Of a DNA stretch of 64,000 nt, positions 31,893 through 41,503 are shown piece by piece. The notes below the pieces were generated by a model. That model did no database searches, was not told the DNA's origin, and saw only the letters and a program-made list of their open reading frames with translations. How positions within the stretch are numbered: position 1 is the first letter of the stretch; each line of letters starts with the position of its first letter. The DNA comes from a virus, in IMG/VR virus record IMGVR_UViG_3300043823_000671, positions 28,737-92,736 of that record. One strand, 5' to 3'. Both the position numbers and the translations under genes were made by a program.

Positions 31893-32841
31893 GCCTCCTT
31901 GCGCTTTGCGCCCAACGGGGCTAACCTTCACTCGGGTTAGGACTTGGAGGGAAGGCGTGCTTACGCCAGAAGAGATTCAAATAAAAATTGAGCAGTACCA
32001 AGAGCACATAGAAAATCTCGTGGATGAGATACGTGAGGCTGGAGTCAAATCTGCGATAGCAGAAACTGATTACGAGATTGCTTTCGCACAAGAACGACTA
32101 ACCGTTCGATACGAGGCGCAAACTCAAGGTGTGAAAACGACGGTAGATATTGTTGACGATAATGCGACCGTTCGAACAGCAGAGTTACGAAAAGAAGCGA
32201 TGCTCGCAAAGAACAATCTTTCAACACTGCGTGAAGCGCTAAGCGCAACAAGAACAAATTTGGAAAGTATGCGTACGCTCGCCGCATCAAATAGAGCGAT
32301 TGTCTAAATGGCATACACGATAGACACCAAGCAACAGGTAACAAGGGAAGTACTTGTATCCCTTGCACGGAAATGCCAACGCTGTTCAGTTGCTTACAAT
32401 GACCCGTATCTAATTGAAACTTGCATAGAAATAGGCGAGGAATGTTGGGAAGCCTGCCCTGCGTGCAACCCCAACAGATACCAACACCGCTAAATAAACC
32501 ATTGGGTAGTTAGGGCTCCGTGTTAGCCTTTCAATAACAACACCAATGTTGGATAGCGGTATGTCACCTGAACCAATTACACCTCAAGAGATGAAGGCGA
32601 TTGCGCTCGAAGAAGGTCTTCGGGCGTCCATCACTCTCGACAAACTGAGGATTCTGATGCTCAAAGAAGCAGTCGATTGGTTGTGTGACCTAACTGATTT
32701 ACCCAAATTCGAAGTCCGCCGACAAATTGCCAACAACAAAGGTGGACAAGTGATGCAGAACCTTGCTACTATCAACGCAGTTCGTGAACTCGTTAAAGAG
32801 CCGAACGCATAAAAAAATAATTAACAAATAGAAAGGACATC

Positions 32842-33312
32842 ATGTCCGATAACAACATCACCATCGTCGGGAACTTGACAAAGGACCCCGAACTTAAGTA
32901 CGGCGAAAATGGTACGGCTTACTTGCTGTACTCCATCGCTGTAAACCGAGGAAAGAAGAACGCTCAAGGCGAGTGGGAAAACGTTGCCCACTACTTTGAC
33001 TGCGTTTCCTACGGTGACTTGGCTGAGAACATTGCCAACACCTTTTCCAAGGGCAACCGCTTGATTGTCTCGGGCAACCTCCAGCAACGAAACTGGGAGA
33101 CGCCAGAGGGTCAGCGCCGTAGTAGCGTGCAAATCCTCGCAGACGAGGTGGGCGCCAGCGTTCGCTGGGCAACCGCTCTTGTAACCAAGACCGAGCGCCC
33201 CGACGCAGGGCAGTTCAACCGTCAGCAAGCACGCTCAAGCGCACCCCAGCGAGAGACTGTTCCGGCGACTTCTTCAAGCGAGCAGTACTCCTTCGAGGAA
33301 GAGCCCTTTTAG
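32842..33312 (+). CDS. ssb: Single-stranded DNA-binding protein
   Basis: ITIVGNLTKDPEL, LAEN...KG.RLIVSG.L.QRNWET, ADEVGAS.RWA, acidic tail EEEPF. Confidence 0.95.
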   Translation: MSDNNITIVGNLTKDPELKYGENGTAYLLYSIAVNRGKKNAQGEWENVAHYFDCVSYGDLAENIANTFSKGNRLIVSGNLQQRNWETPEGQRRSSVQILADEVGASVRWATALVTKTERPDAGQFNRQQARSSAPQRETVPATSSSEQYSFEEEPF

Positions 33313-33340
33313 TCGGTAGCGGAATACCGCTTACCGGATA

Positions 33341-33435
33341 GATAAGACCACTTGGGTCTAGCAGGCGCCTACTCCCGTTTGCGAAAAGCGATTCAGTTCC
33401 CCTTCACTGAACGACCGACCCAAGTGGTGCTTATC
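33341..33435 (+). other. Long intergenic inverted repeat / candidate structured RNA
   Basis: GATAAG-ACCACTTGGGTC ... GACCCAAGTGGT-G-CTTATC enclosing smaller hairpins. Confidence 0.5.
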
Positions 33436-33682
33436 ATTACTAAAGACTTACATTGATGTAACTTGTTGTTGTAGCATCCATTTACATGGATTTGCCCGAA
33501 AACAACGACAGTGACTTTGACCGTGACATAACGGAAAACTTTGGCGAGCGGTTCGTCACACGGGAAATGATTTTCTCGGAAATGCGTGAATCCTTTTCGG
33601 CAATGATGAGTTCGGGTTTTACCGAAACCCAGGCTCTGAAGTTTCTTGCATTTTGTACAATTTATGACGGGGATTCTTTCTA

Positions 33683-34078
33683 GTGCCCTCTTTCGAAGAA
33701 GAGGCAGAAGCCTTTCTGGGCACGGAGCCGTTGACCTTCAAGTATGAGTTCATGGCGCTTGATGTCGTCTTGGCATCACGCCCACCGGCTTGGTTCGTTG
33801 ACGCAGTTTGCAGGTCTGTCCCCGACGCAAAGCACGTCGATGTTTTCTTCCCCGAAACCACTACGCACGGGGGGAATCACCTTATTCCTGCACGAAAAAT
33901 GTGCCTTGGTTGCCCCGTCAGGTATGAATGTTTGGAAGAGGGGCTAGAAGAGCCCTGGGGGGTCTGGGGAGGTCACTCACCGACCCAGCGGAAGCGCATA
34001 AGTTCCGCTGTAAAAAAGGGTAGTAGCCTTATTGATGCGAGCAAGGCAATAGACGCACGGAGTAGAGATGCCCGATAA
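33683..34078 (+). CDS. whiB: WhiB-family transcription factor
   Basis: AVC..VFFP..MCLGCPVRYECL...GVWGG.SP.QR. Confidence 0.88.
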   Translation: MPSFEEEAEAFLGTEPLTFKYEFMALDVVLASRPPAWFVDAVCRSVPDAKHVDVFFPETTTHGGNHLIPARKMCLGCPVRYECLEEGLEEPWGVWGGHSPTQRKRISSAVKKGSSLIDASKAIDARSRDAR

Positions 34079-35708
34079 GCCAAATCCCGCCTATCAGGTG
34101 GACAACTTCAGCGAACTGGGCGCCTCAGGTCTTTGGCGCACCGGTGGATTCGTCATTGACGACATACTCCCCCAACTTCGAGGGAAGCAAGCCCAAACAG
34201 CATACCGTGATATGTCGGAGAACGACCCCATTATTGGGGCTGTTCTTTTTGCGATTGAGCGGGTAATCCTCCAAGTCGACTGGCGCATCGACCCATATGA
34301 CGACACCACCGGCGCCACCCCGACCCCAGAAGACTCGGAAGCGGCTGAGTTTGTAACTCAGTGCATGAACGACATGAGCCACTCGTGGCACGAGTTGATG
34401 ATTGCCATTCTTTCGTTTTTACCATACGGCTGGTCGTTCTTTGAGATTGTTTACAAGCAACGCAAGGGACCTGACCAGAAAGACCCCGCAAAGCGAAGCA
34501 AGTACAGCGACAACAAGGTCGGATGGCGCAAGATTGTCATGCGCTCGCAAGACTCACTCTGGCAATGGCAGTTTGATGAAAGCGGTGGCATCAAGGCGAT
34601 GATTCAGCGTGACCCAACGACGGGTCGCCTGAACGTAATCCCAATCGAAAAGGGTCTTCTTTTCCGCACAACTTCAGCACGTGGCAACCCCGAAGGTCGC
34701 TCGGTTCTCCGCAACGCCTTCAAGTCGTGGTACTACAAGCGCCGTATTGAAGAATTCGAAGCGGTTGGCGTCGAGCGTGACCTTGCTGGTCTTCCAGTCG
34801 GTTATGTCCCACCAGAGTGGATGAGCGCAAACGCAACTCCAGCGGAAAGAGCCGCTTTGAACGCAATGGAGCGCATTGTCCGTGGCGTGAAGCGTAACGA
34901 GACCGAAGGCGTCATCCTCCCCTCCATCTACGACGAGTCGGGCAAGCCCCTTGTTGACTTCAAACTCCTGAACTCGGGTGGAACTCGCCAGTTCAACACC
35001 GACAAGATTATTGAGCGGTACAACCAGCACATTGCGATGACGGTTCTTGCAGACTTCATCATGCTCGGTCACGAATCCGTCGGCTCCTTTGCCCTCGGAA
35101 CGTCAAAAGTAGACCTTTTTGTTGCCGCAGTTGAGTCGTGGATTCGATTGATTGCAGAAATCTTCAACACGCACGCAATCCCACGCCTCATGTCGATGAA
35201 CGGATACGACTCCGCTCGCCTTCCAAAACTGACTTATGGACAGGTTTCAGCAATCGACTTGCAGGAACTCGGGGCATTCTTGCTCAACCTCTCACAGAGC
35301 CAACTCATTACCCCAGACAACAACCTCGAAGAGTACTTGCGAGAACTGGCTGGTTTGCCAAGTTTCCGCCCGGAGCCAGACGGTGTTGCCGACAACCAGC
35401 GCTATGGCGACGGGATGATGACAGCGGACGAGACCGCTCAAATGGAAGCGGGACAGGGCTCCACCGAGGCATCGCCCCAAGACAACACAGAATCAGAAGA
35501 AGTACAAAACCCGCAGGGCGGGCTTAGCGACCTTTCCGGTGGCTCAGGGCTACAAGCGGATATCACCTCTTCCGGGTACACGGGAGAGGCACCTCCGACA
35601 TCGCAGATGAGTGGGGCGAAGGGCGGAGTCCGTACCGGCGGGCAAATCAAGCGACCCCCAAGCGGTATGAGCGGTCCGCTAACCAATAACCAGCGCTCGA
35701 CATCATGA
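34068..35708 (+). CDS. Portal protein (DUF935-like)
   Basis: Y..M...DP.I, L.FLPYGWSFFEIVYK, GNPEGRS.LR.A...W..K, G.ERDLAG.P, I.RY...IA..VLA.F..LG..GSFALG; position before the protease. Confidence 0.88.
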   Translation: MPDKPNPAYQVDNFSELGASGLWRTGGFVIDDILPQLRGKQAQTAYRDMSENDPIIGAVLFAIERVILQVDWRIDPYDDTTGATPTPEDSEAAEFVTQCMNDMSHSWHELMIAILSFLPYGWSFFEIVYKQRKGPDQKDPAKRSKYSDNKVGWRKIVMRSQDSLWQWQFDESGGIKAMIQRDPTTGRLNVIPIEKGLLFRTTSARGNPEGRSVLRNAFKSWYYKRRIEEFEAVGVERDLAGLPVGYVPPEWMSANATPAERAALNAMERIVRGVKRNETEGVILPSIYDESGKPLVDFKLLNSGGTRQFNTDKIIERYNQHIAMTVLADFIMLGHESVGSFALGTSKVDLFVAAVESWIRLIAEIFNTHAIPRLMSMNGYDSARLPKLTYGQVSAIDLQELGAFLLNLSQSQLITPDNNLEEYLRELAGLPSFRPEPDGVADNQRYGDGMMTADETAQMEAGQGSTEASPQDNTESEEVQNPQGGLSDLSGGSGLQADITSSGYTGEAPPTSQMSGAKGGVRTGGQIKRPPSGMSGPLTNNQRSTS

Positions 35709-35803
35709 CGCTAAGAATTCGCAAAGTAAAATCTTCGGCACCCAAGAAGAACGTAACGAAAATGCGTAGGGTTGCGCCTAAGGCAGTACAGCGAGCACGG
35801 TAA
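35705..35803 (+). CDS. 32-aa highly basic peptide
   Basis: MTLRIRKVKSSAPKKNVTKMRRVAPKAVQRAR; ATGA overlap with the portal stop. Confidence 0.4.
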   Translation: MTLRIRKVKSSAPKKNVTKMRRVAPKAVQRAR

Positions 35804-35865
35804 ATAAACGGGTTTTCCGAAACCCTGCGGTAGCATATTTCAAAGCGCCCAAGGAGAATTCCTTA

Positions 35866-37587
35866 ATGGAAAAAATGAACGTTATCGATGTTGTGGCAGG
35901 CGTTTCCCTTATTGGGATTGCCACCAACACCACATTGCCAGAAGACGTTCGTAAGAGCGCCGAAGAAATGGTTGCAGATGGTCACACGTCGGCAGACCTC
36001 TTGGCGCTTGCTGGCTCCGACAGCGAAGTATCTCTTATTTTGGTCCCCGCCACCAGCCAAAATGACTCCCCCGACTGGGAGCGTTATTTGGAAAAGGCTG
36101 TTGGTTTTCCGTTCACCATGGCACCTTCCCCCGTTCCTGAGCAAGAGGACACAACGGGACCTGGCGCCGTGCAAGTAAAACTCGACCCCAATACAGTCGC
36201 ATCAATTCTCAATGCTGTACAGGGAGATGATTCATCAGACTCTTCTGATTCTTCAAGTTCGGAAGAAGGGGAATCATCCTCAAGCAGTTCATCCTCCAGC
36301 GATTCCTCTTCTTCCAGCAGTTCTTCTTCCAGCAGTTCTTCTTCCAGCAGTTCTTCGTCAAGCAGTTCATCTTCAAGTAGTTCGTCGTCCAGCAGTTCGT
36401 CCAGCAGTTCGTCAAGCAGTTCGTCAAGCAGTTCAGACGACTCTGGTGTATTCATGATTTCCGATGACAGCAGTTCATCTTCAAGCAGTTCTTCGTCCAG
36501 CAGTTCTTCGTCCAGCAGTTCAGACGACTCTGGCGTATTCATGATTTCCGATGACAGCAGTTCATCTTCAAGCAGTTCGTCTAGTTCAGACGAATCAATT
36601 CTTGGAGAGAATTGGAAAGATGGTCTCGACCCATGGCAAGTAGAAATTGCCGAAGCGTTAGACGACATGGTCGATGAACTGGGTCGCATCCCTTCTGGAG
36701 ATGTCGACTATGTAGACATCTCGCCAAAGTTATCAATGGGCATGACTTGCTCTAACTGCATCGCCCAAGGCGACTCGGGCTGTGACTGGGTTGCGGTTTC
36801 CTGCGCCCCTACAGGTTGGTGCAAGTTGAATCTTGTGCCCGTCCTTATTCGCTCATCAAGCGAAGCAAATTCTTTTTACCAAAAGTCTGCAGGCGAGGAA
36901 AACTCAGAAGATACTTCCGCTGAGGATGACTCTTCGATGGTCCCGACCGAGGGCGACTTCGGTGTAATGATGCCAAAGGACATTGCGAAGGACGGTGATG
37001 CGGGCGCACCCGCCCCGGCACCCGCTGGCTCTAACGCCGGGCTTGCTTTTGATAACGGTCCGACGACTGAGGGCGTTCACCTCGACACCCCGGTTTGGGA
37101 TGACGGGAAAAAGAAGCGCAAGAAGCGAGTAGCCAAGTCTGAGGAAATCCCCGGTACCATCCGCAAGGACGCAGAACAGCGTTACACCCTCGGTCCCTGG
37201 TACGTTCCAAACCGGAGCGACGCACACGGCGAGTGGACTGACCCGCAGGAACTACAGCAGGCTTTGTGGGGATACGTCCGCAATGGCGACCGTGACATCC
37301 GACTCCAGCACAATGTTGACATTGTTGCGGGCGAGTGGCTTGAGGCTTTGACGATGCCTTATGAAGTTGAATTCCCAATGTTGCAAGCGGACAGCGGGCG
37401 AGTGAACAATGTTAAGTTCCCTCCCGGAACCGTTTTCTTGGGAGTCCAGTGGAAGCCGTGGGCTTGGGAACTCGTCAAGGCTGGAGAAATCCGTGGTTTC
37501 TCAATCGGAGGAACTGGGGCGGGTATTGAGGTTGACCTCCCGACTGCGGACGAACAACCAGCAACGTTCCCAACTGTTCAGCAGTAA
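35866..37587 (+). CDS. Prohead protease (XkdF-like) with long acidic/poly-Ser N-terminal region
   Basis: C-terminal EQRYTLG..Y.P...DAHGEW....L.......I.LQH....GE..E....GT...G......WE.VK.GEIRGFSIGG. Confidence 0.82.
   Translation: MEKMNVIDVVAGVSLIGIATNTTLPEDVRKSAEEMVADGHTSADLLALAGSDSEVSLILVPATSQNDSPDWERYLEKAVGFPFTMAPSPVPEQEDTTGPGAVQVKLDPNTVASILNAVQGDDSSDSSDSSSSEEGESSSSSSSSSDSSSSSSSSSSSSSSSSSSSSSSSSSSSSSSSSSSSSSSSSSSSSDDSGVFMISDDSSSSSSSSSSSSSSSSSSDDSGVFMISDDSSSSSSSSSSSDESILGENWKDGLDPWQVEIAEALDDMVDELGRIPSGDVDYVDISPKLSMGMTCSNCIAQGDSGCDWVAVSCAPTGWCKLNLVPVLIRSSSEANSFYQKSAGEENSEDTSAEDDSSMVPTEGDFGVMMPKDIAKDGDAGAPAPAPAGSNAGLAFDNGPTTEGVHLDTPVWDDGKKKRKKRVAKSEEIPGTIRKDAEQRYTLGPWYVPNRSDAHGEWTDPQELQQALWGYVRNGDRDIRLQHNVDIVAGEWLEALTMPYEVEFPMLQADSGRVNNVKFPPGTVFLGVQWKPWAWELVKAGEIRGFSIGGTGAGIEVDLPTADEQPATFPTVQQ
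36228..36590 (+). repeat. Poly-serine-encoding low-complexity tract with 87-bp direct repeat
   Basis: Iterated (TCN TCN AGC AGT)-type units; SSSDDSGVFMISDDSSS duplicated at 36427 and 36514. Confidence 0.95.
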
Positions 37588-37595
37588 GGAATGCC

Positions 37596-39074
37596 GTGGC
37601 GCTAACCAATGAAGAACAACTTGAAATAGCGCAGTGGATTGAGGTCGCCAAGGGCGACAAGGCTGGACACCGTTTTCACGGCAACCAGTGGGAAAAGGTC
37701 GGCGCTGATGGCGGTACGGCAGGGACCGCCAGCCACAATGTGAAAACCCCGCACGGGCAGAGCGATGGCGACATCAAGGCGTGGGCTAAGAAAATAGCAA
37801 TTTCCCTAAATGAAGGGAAGCACCCGAATATCAACGGCTCCGACTTGCCGAAGTTGTTTACCGCATTCAAAGAATTGGACAGCGGTAACCCGGATATTTC
37901 AAAGTTACGTATAAATGGAACCGAACTGATGGGCGGACAGGGGAAGGGGCTGTTGCGGTCCCAAATGCCACAAATTCCGCCTTCCGAGCGAGAGGCGTTT
38001 CTCGACTGGGCTAGGGAAGAACACGGCGTCATTATTGAGCGTAAGGATATGGACCCGACGCTACTCAAGCCAATCCAAAGCGAGATTTCAGGGACACGCT
38101 CCGGGTGGCTTTTTACCAAATATGAAAACGGCGGAATCCCGAGAGAGCAAAGAATCCTCGTTTCCAAAGACAACTACATTATCGATGGTCACCACACCTG
38201 GGGCGCTTCAGTGGGTCTGAAGTTCTTGAACAACGACTACAACATCCACGTTTATCAAATGGACCTGAACTGGCGGGACGCCCTAAATATTACGCATGAA
38301 TATGCGGCGAAAATGGGCTACGAAGCCCAGACGCTTGAGGGCAAGAAGGTTGATGGCACAACCAGCAACCTATCCAAAGAGGCTGAGGGGCACGCCTTCC
38401 ACGGCAACCAGCACACGGGCGGGCTCGGGGGCGCCGGTAAGACGGAAACGCCACGTCAGATTGACCCAAACCGCTACGAAGTACCGGAAGACCGCAATGA
38501 ATCGCCAAAGATGGATTTAGGCGGAATTTTTGACTCGGTCAAGGCGGAAGGGGGAGTCACCGCCAGCACGATTGGCGAAGGAATCCCAACTTCTGGGTAT
38601 TTCTGTGCAATGGGCAATCCCCATGCAGACCAAGCCCCGATTTCCATTATGGAGAACGAAGACGACTTTACAAAGTTCACCTCTGACTTCTTACAAAAAA
38701 ACGCAGAACTTTTGGCAGAAAAAGGCAATTTCCTTGGAATTTTCAAAGATGAAGAAACTGGGACTGTTGACTTTGACGTGTCTCAGCACTTCTCAGATTT
38801 GGAAGAAGCCAAGCAAGCGGGCGCTTCAAGGGACCAGAAGTCAATTTGGGATATCGGTAATTCCGACATAATCGACACCGGCGGTTCTGGTAAGATTGAT
38901 AAATCAATTCGTAGGAGTGCATTCATGGCTAAGGCAAAGCAAGAACTGACGTTCGTTCAGACACCTAAGAACCTAAAAGAAATGTCTCGTGCCGAGATTG
39001 AAGATTTTGCCCGCAACCTTTTCAAACAACTTACGAATTCTTCGGACGAAGAGAAGCCGACTCAAGCGGAGTAG
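37596..39074 (+). CDS. Tagged polyprotein: ParB/Srx-like domain plus unknown domain
   Basis: Tags at 37650 and 38376; LKPIQSEI..ILVSKDNYIIDGHHTWGA. Confidence 0.65.
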   Translation: MALTNEEQLEIAQWIEVAKGDKAGHRFHGNQWEKVGADGGTAGTASHNVKTPHGQSDGDIKAWAKKIAISLNEGKHPNINGSDLPKLFTAFKELDSGNPDISKLRINGTELMGGQGKGLLRSQMPQIPPSEREAFLDWAREEHGVIIERKDMDPTLLKPIQSEISGTRSGWLFTKYENGGIPREQRILVSKDNYIIDGHHTWGASVGLKFLNNDYNIHVYQMDLNWRDALNITHEYAAKMGYEAQTLEGKKVDGTTSNLSKEAEGHAFHGNQHTGGLGGAGKTETPRQIDPNRYEVPEDRNESPKMDLGGIFDSVKAEGGVTASTIGEGIPTSGYFCAMGNPHADQAPISIMENEDDFTKFTSDFLQKNAELLAEKGNFLGIFKDEETGTVDFDVSQHFSDLEEAKQAGASRDQKSIWDIGNSDIIDTGGSGKIDKSIRRSAFMAKAKQELTFVQTPKNLKEMSRAEIEDFARNLFKQLTNSSDEEKPTQAE

Positions 39075-39206
39075 AGAAACCGGCATTTTGCAAATCTGAG
39101 GGTAAGATTTCTGCGGAAGTCGCCCACCCGGAGATTGCAAATGCAAAATTTCAATACCTACGCATTCTCTGGCACTCACTCGTGCACCCACGGGGGTTTT
39201 TAGCAA

Positions 39207-39839
39207 ATGGCTGTAAAAACCTTTGAGCAAATCTACGGCTGGCTAGAACTCGCAAAGGGTGGAGCGGGCTCCGGTCCCCCGGTGGGTCACACTTTTCGGG
39301 GCAATCGCTACACCAGCGGTGTGGGGGCTGGGCGCACACACGATATCCGACCTGGCACCGAAAATTTCCGTTATTCGCAGAACCTAGACTCCGCAAAGGC
39401 GCACGTAATTTCTGCCCAAACAGCAGTAAGGAATGCGGACTTTGGCGAAGCATACCGCCAGTTGAACGAGGGCGCCTACCACTCATCGCAGGCGGCAATG
39501 AAACTACAAGAGCCGGGTGGTTACACGAACAGAAGCCTTGGTAATGAGGCAAAGGGAAACTACGTCCTGTTTCACCACACCGCCAACTTGTGCGAAATCG
39601 CAAACAAGGCAATCCACGATTATGCAAGCGCCTTGAAGGGCGCACAGTCCCAAGAGGAAATCGAATCTGCCCGCTCGGTGGCGGAAAATTCCCGCCTCGT
39701 CGCAGAAGAGAGCATGAAGTCGTGTATGCAACATCTGGTTACGGTTGACCGAATCAGAATCGCCACCAAAGACCCGGCTTTTAGCACGACGACGTTTACG
39801 GCGCCGTCAACGATTCAAGGAGCACCAGTCGTAGCATGA
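39207..39839 (+). CDS. Tagged helical protein
   Basis: Leader QIYGWLELAK|GG then GHTFRGNRY (39255-39311). Confidence 0.65.
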   Translation: MAVKTFEQIYGWLELAKGGAGSGPPVGHTFRGNRYTSGVGAGRTHDIRPGTENFRYSQNLDSAKAHVISAQTAVRNADFGEAYRQLNEGAYHSSQAAMKLQEPGGYTNRSLGNEAKGNYVLFHHTANLCEIANKAIHDYASALKGAQSQEEIESARSVAENSRLVAEESMKSCMQHLVTVDRIRIATKDPAFSTTTFTAPSTIQGAPVVA

Positions 39840-40282
39840 CACAACCAACTACCCTCCCAATGGCTCTTGGAAATGCCCTTGCTGACGCAACGGTCATGTA
39901 CCACCGGACACACGGTTTCCACTGGAACGTCACCGGGAAAGACTTTCCCCAGTGGCACGCCAAGTTTGAGGAAATCTACGAGGACGTCCTCGACAGCCTG
40001 GACCCAATGGCTGAGTGCATCCGCAAGTGCAACGGGTATGCGCCGTTTCGCCTGGGCGACCTTTCCGCACGAACAAGCGTGAGCGATAGCCAGCCATCTG
40101 ACTATTCACCCGAAACGCTTGTCCCAGACCTGCTCGCAACAAACGACGCAGTTCTAGTAAGTCTGAACATCGCTTTCCAAATGGCAAGCGCACAGAATCA
40201 GCAAGGGGTTGCCAACTTCCTTGCCGACCGCATCGACCAACACAATAAGTGGCAGTGGCAACTCTCTGCCTCACTGTCATAG
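39836..40282 (+). CDS. dps: Dps/ferritin-like protein
   Basis: HGFHWNVTGKDF.QWH.KFEEIYE..D..AE, G.ANFLADRI..H.K..W.L. Confidence 0.9.
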   Translation: MTQPTTLPMALGNALADATVMYHRTHGFHWNVTGKDFPQWHAKFEEIYEDVLDSLDPMAECIRKCNGYAPFRLGDLSARTSVSDSQPSDYSPETLVPDLLATNDAVLVSLNIAFQMASAQNQQGVANFLADRIDQHNKWQWQLSASLS

Positions 40283-40289
40283 GAGAAAC

Positions 40290-41441
40290 ATGAACAACCC
40301 TTTTCTTATCAACAAGAACCACGGCGGTTCGACTGCAAATGAAATCATCGCAATCGCAGACAAGAACGTCGCTATCGCAGATTCACTCTGCGAACAGGCA
40401 AAGCAGTCTGCGACTAATGGCGACTTCAAGACCGCTGGCGACTTCTGCCTAACTGCGGCGGACCGCTACTTTGCCTCGTTCCACTTGTACGAGCAGGCAT
40501 CACGCACGGCGCACATGGACCGTCAACAGTACATCGACTTGTCAAAGGGCGCATTCGACGCTTCCGTCGGAGCCACCGAGCAAGCAAAGGCTTACTACGA
40601 CGCCATCGCTTCAGCAAAGAACCCGACTGTTGCAACAATCCCAGACCGCTATGACTCGACTTTCAAGAAGTCATCTGGCTTTGGCGCAGGCGACCTTTTG
40701 TTCCCGATTCTGGGTGGCGAAGACGTTGTTGCAAAGGCGACAAGCGAGGCTCAGGGCGACGCCTTTGCCGACAACAAAGACTTCGAGAGTGCAATCAATG
40801 CGTATCTAGCCCAGGCGGTAAAGCACGACCAGGCTATCCCCGGCGCAAAGGCTAAGGGGGACACCGACGCTGTTGCTCACCACGTCAACGAGGCACAACG
40901 CCTGCGTTCGAAGGTCAAGGACCTCAAGAGCAAAAAGTTGGCAGAAGGCGACATCGCAAACGAAATCAACAAGTCGGTGACTAGCGGATTCAGTAGCGAC
41001 GCACTTCTCTACCCGTTGACCAAGGAAACCCCGGTCGGTCACGCCTTCCGTGGCAACCAGTACTCAAAGGTCGACTCGGACAACGCACGCCAAATTTCTG
41101 AGCGAGCCTCGGACGCATGGTCAAAAATTGGTACGAGTTCACCCCTGGAGATGGCACGGCAACACGTTAGTTTGGCGAATATGCACAACGCCGAAGCAGA
41201 GCGACTTCGTGCTGAAGGTGGCAAGCAGGACCTAATTGACGCTCACGTAAAAGCGATGAAGGCACACGTAAGCGCCTACAAAAAGTGGGATGCGGTCGCA
41301 AAGCAACCTGCAAACTCGGGCGAATCCAACGACGCAACCAGTAGTGCCTGGAACGCAAGCCAAAAGGCTTCGACCTTGAGCGGTAGCGCATTGTCCGTTA
41401 TCCCAGAAATCAATGGAGCCGGTTCGGGCACAATCGAATAG
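40290..41441 (+). CDS. Tagged helical multi-module protein
   Basis: AGGAG RBS before ATG 40290; tag GHAFRGNQY at 41022-41063; two F(S/G)xxxLL(Y/F)P motifs. Confidence 0.7.
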   Translation: MNNPFLINKNHGGSTANEIIAIADKNVAIADSLCEQAKQSATNGDFKTAGDFCLTAADRYFASFHLYEQASRTAHMDRQQYIDLSKGAFDASVGATEQAKAYYDAIASAKNPTVATIPDRYDSTFKKSSGFGAGDLLFPILGGEDVVAKATSEAQGDAFADNKDFESAINAYLAQAVKHDQAIPGAKAKGDTDAVAHHVNEAQRLRSKVKDLKSKKLAEGDIANEINKSVTSGFSSDALLYPLTKETPVGHAFRGNQYSKVDSDNARQISERASDAWSKIGTSSPLEMARQHVSLANMHNAEAERLRAEGGKQDLIDAHVKAMKAHVSAYKKWDAVAKQPANSGESNDATSSAWNASQKASTLSGSALSVIPEINGAGSGTIE

Positions 41442-41503
41442 GCGAACTCCGTTTTACCAAATCCCGGTGTACGATTTTTCAGGAAAGAAAGGACATTTCC
41501 ATC

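Noticed and set aside
36084-36689. Minus-strand ORF with EELL repeats
   Set aside because: It is the antisense shadow of the poly-Ser tract in the protease gene.
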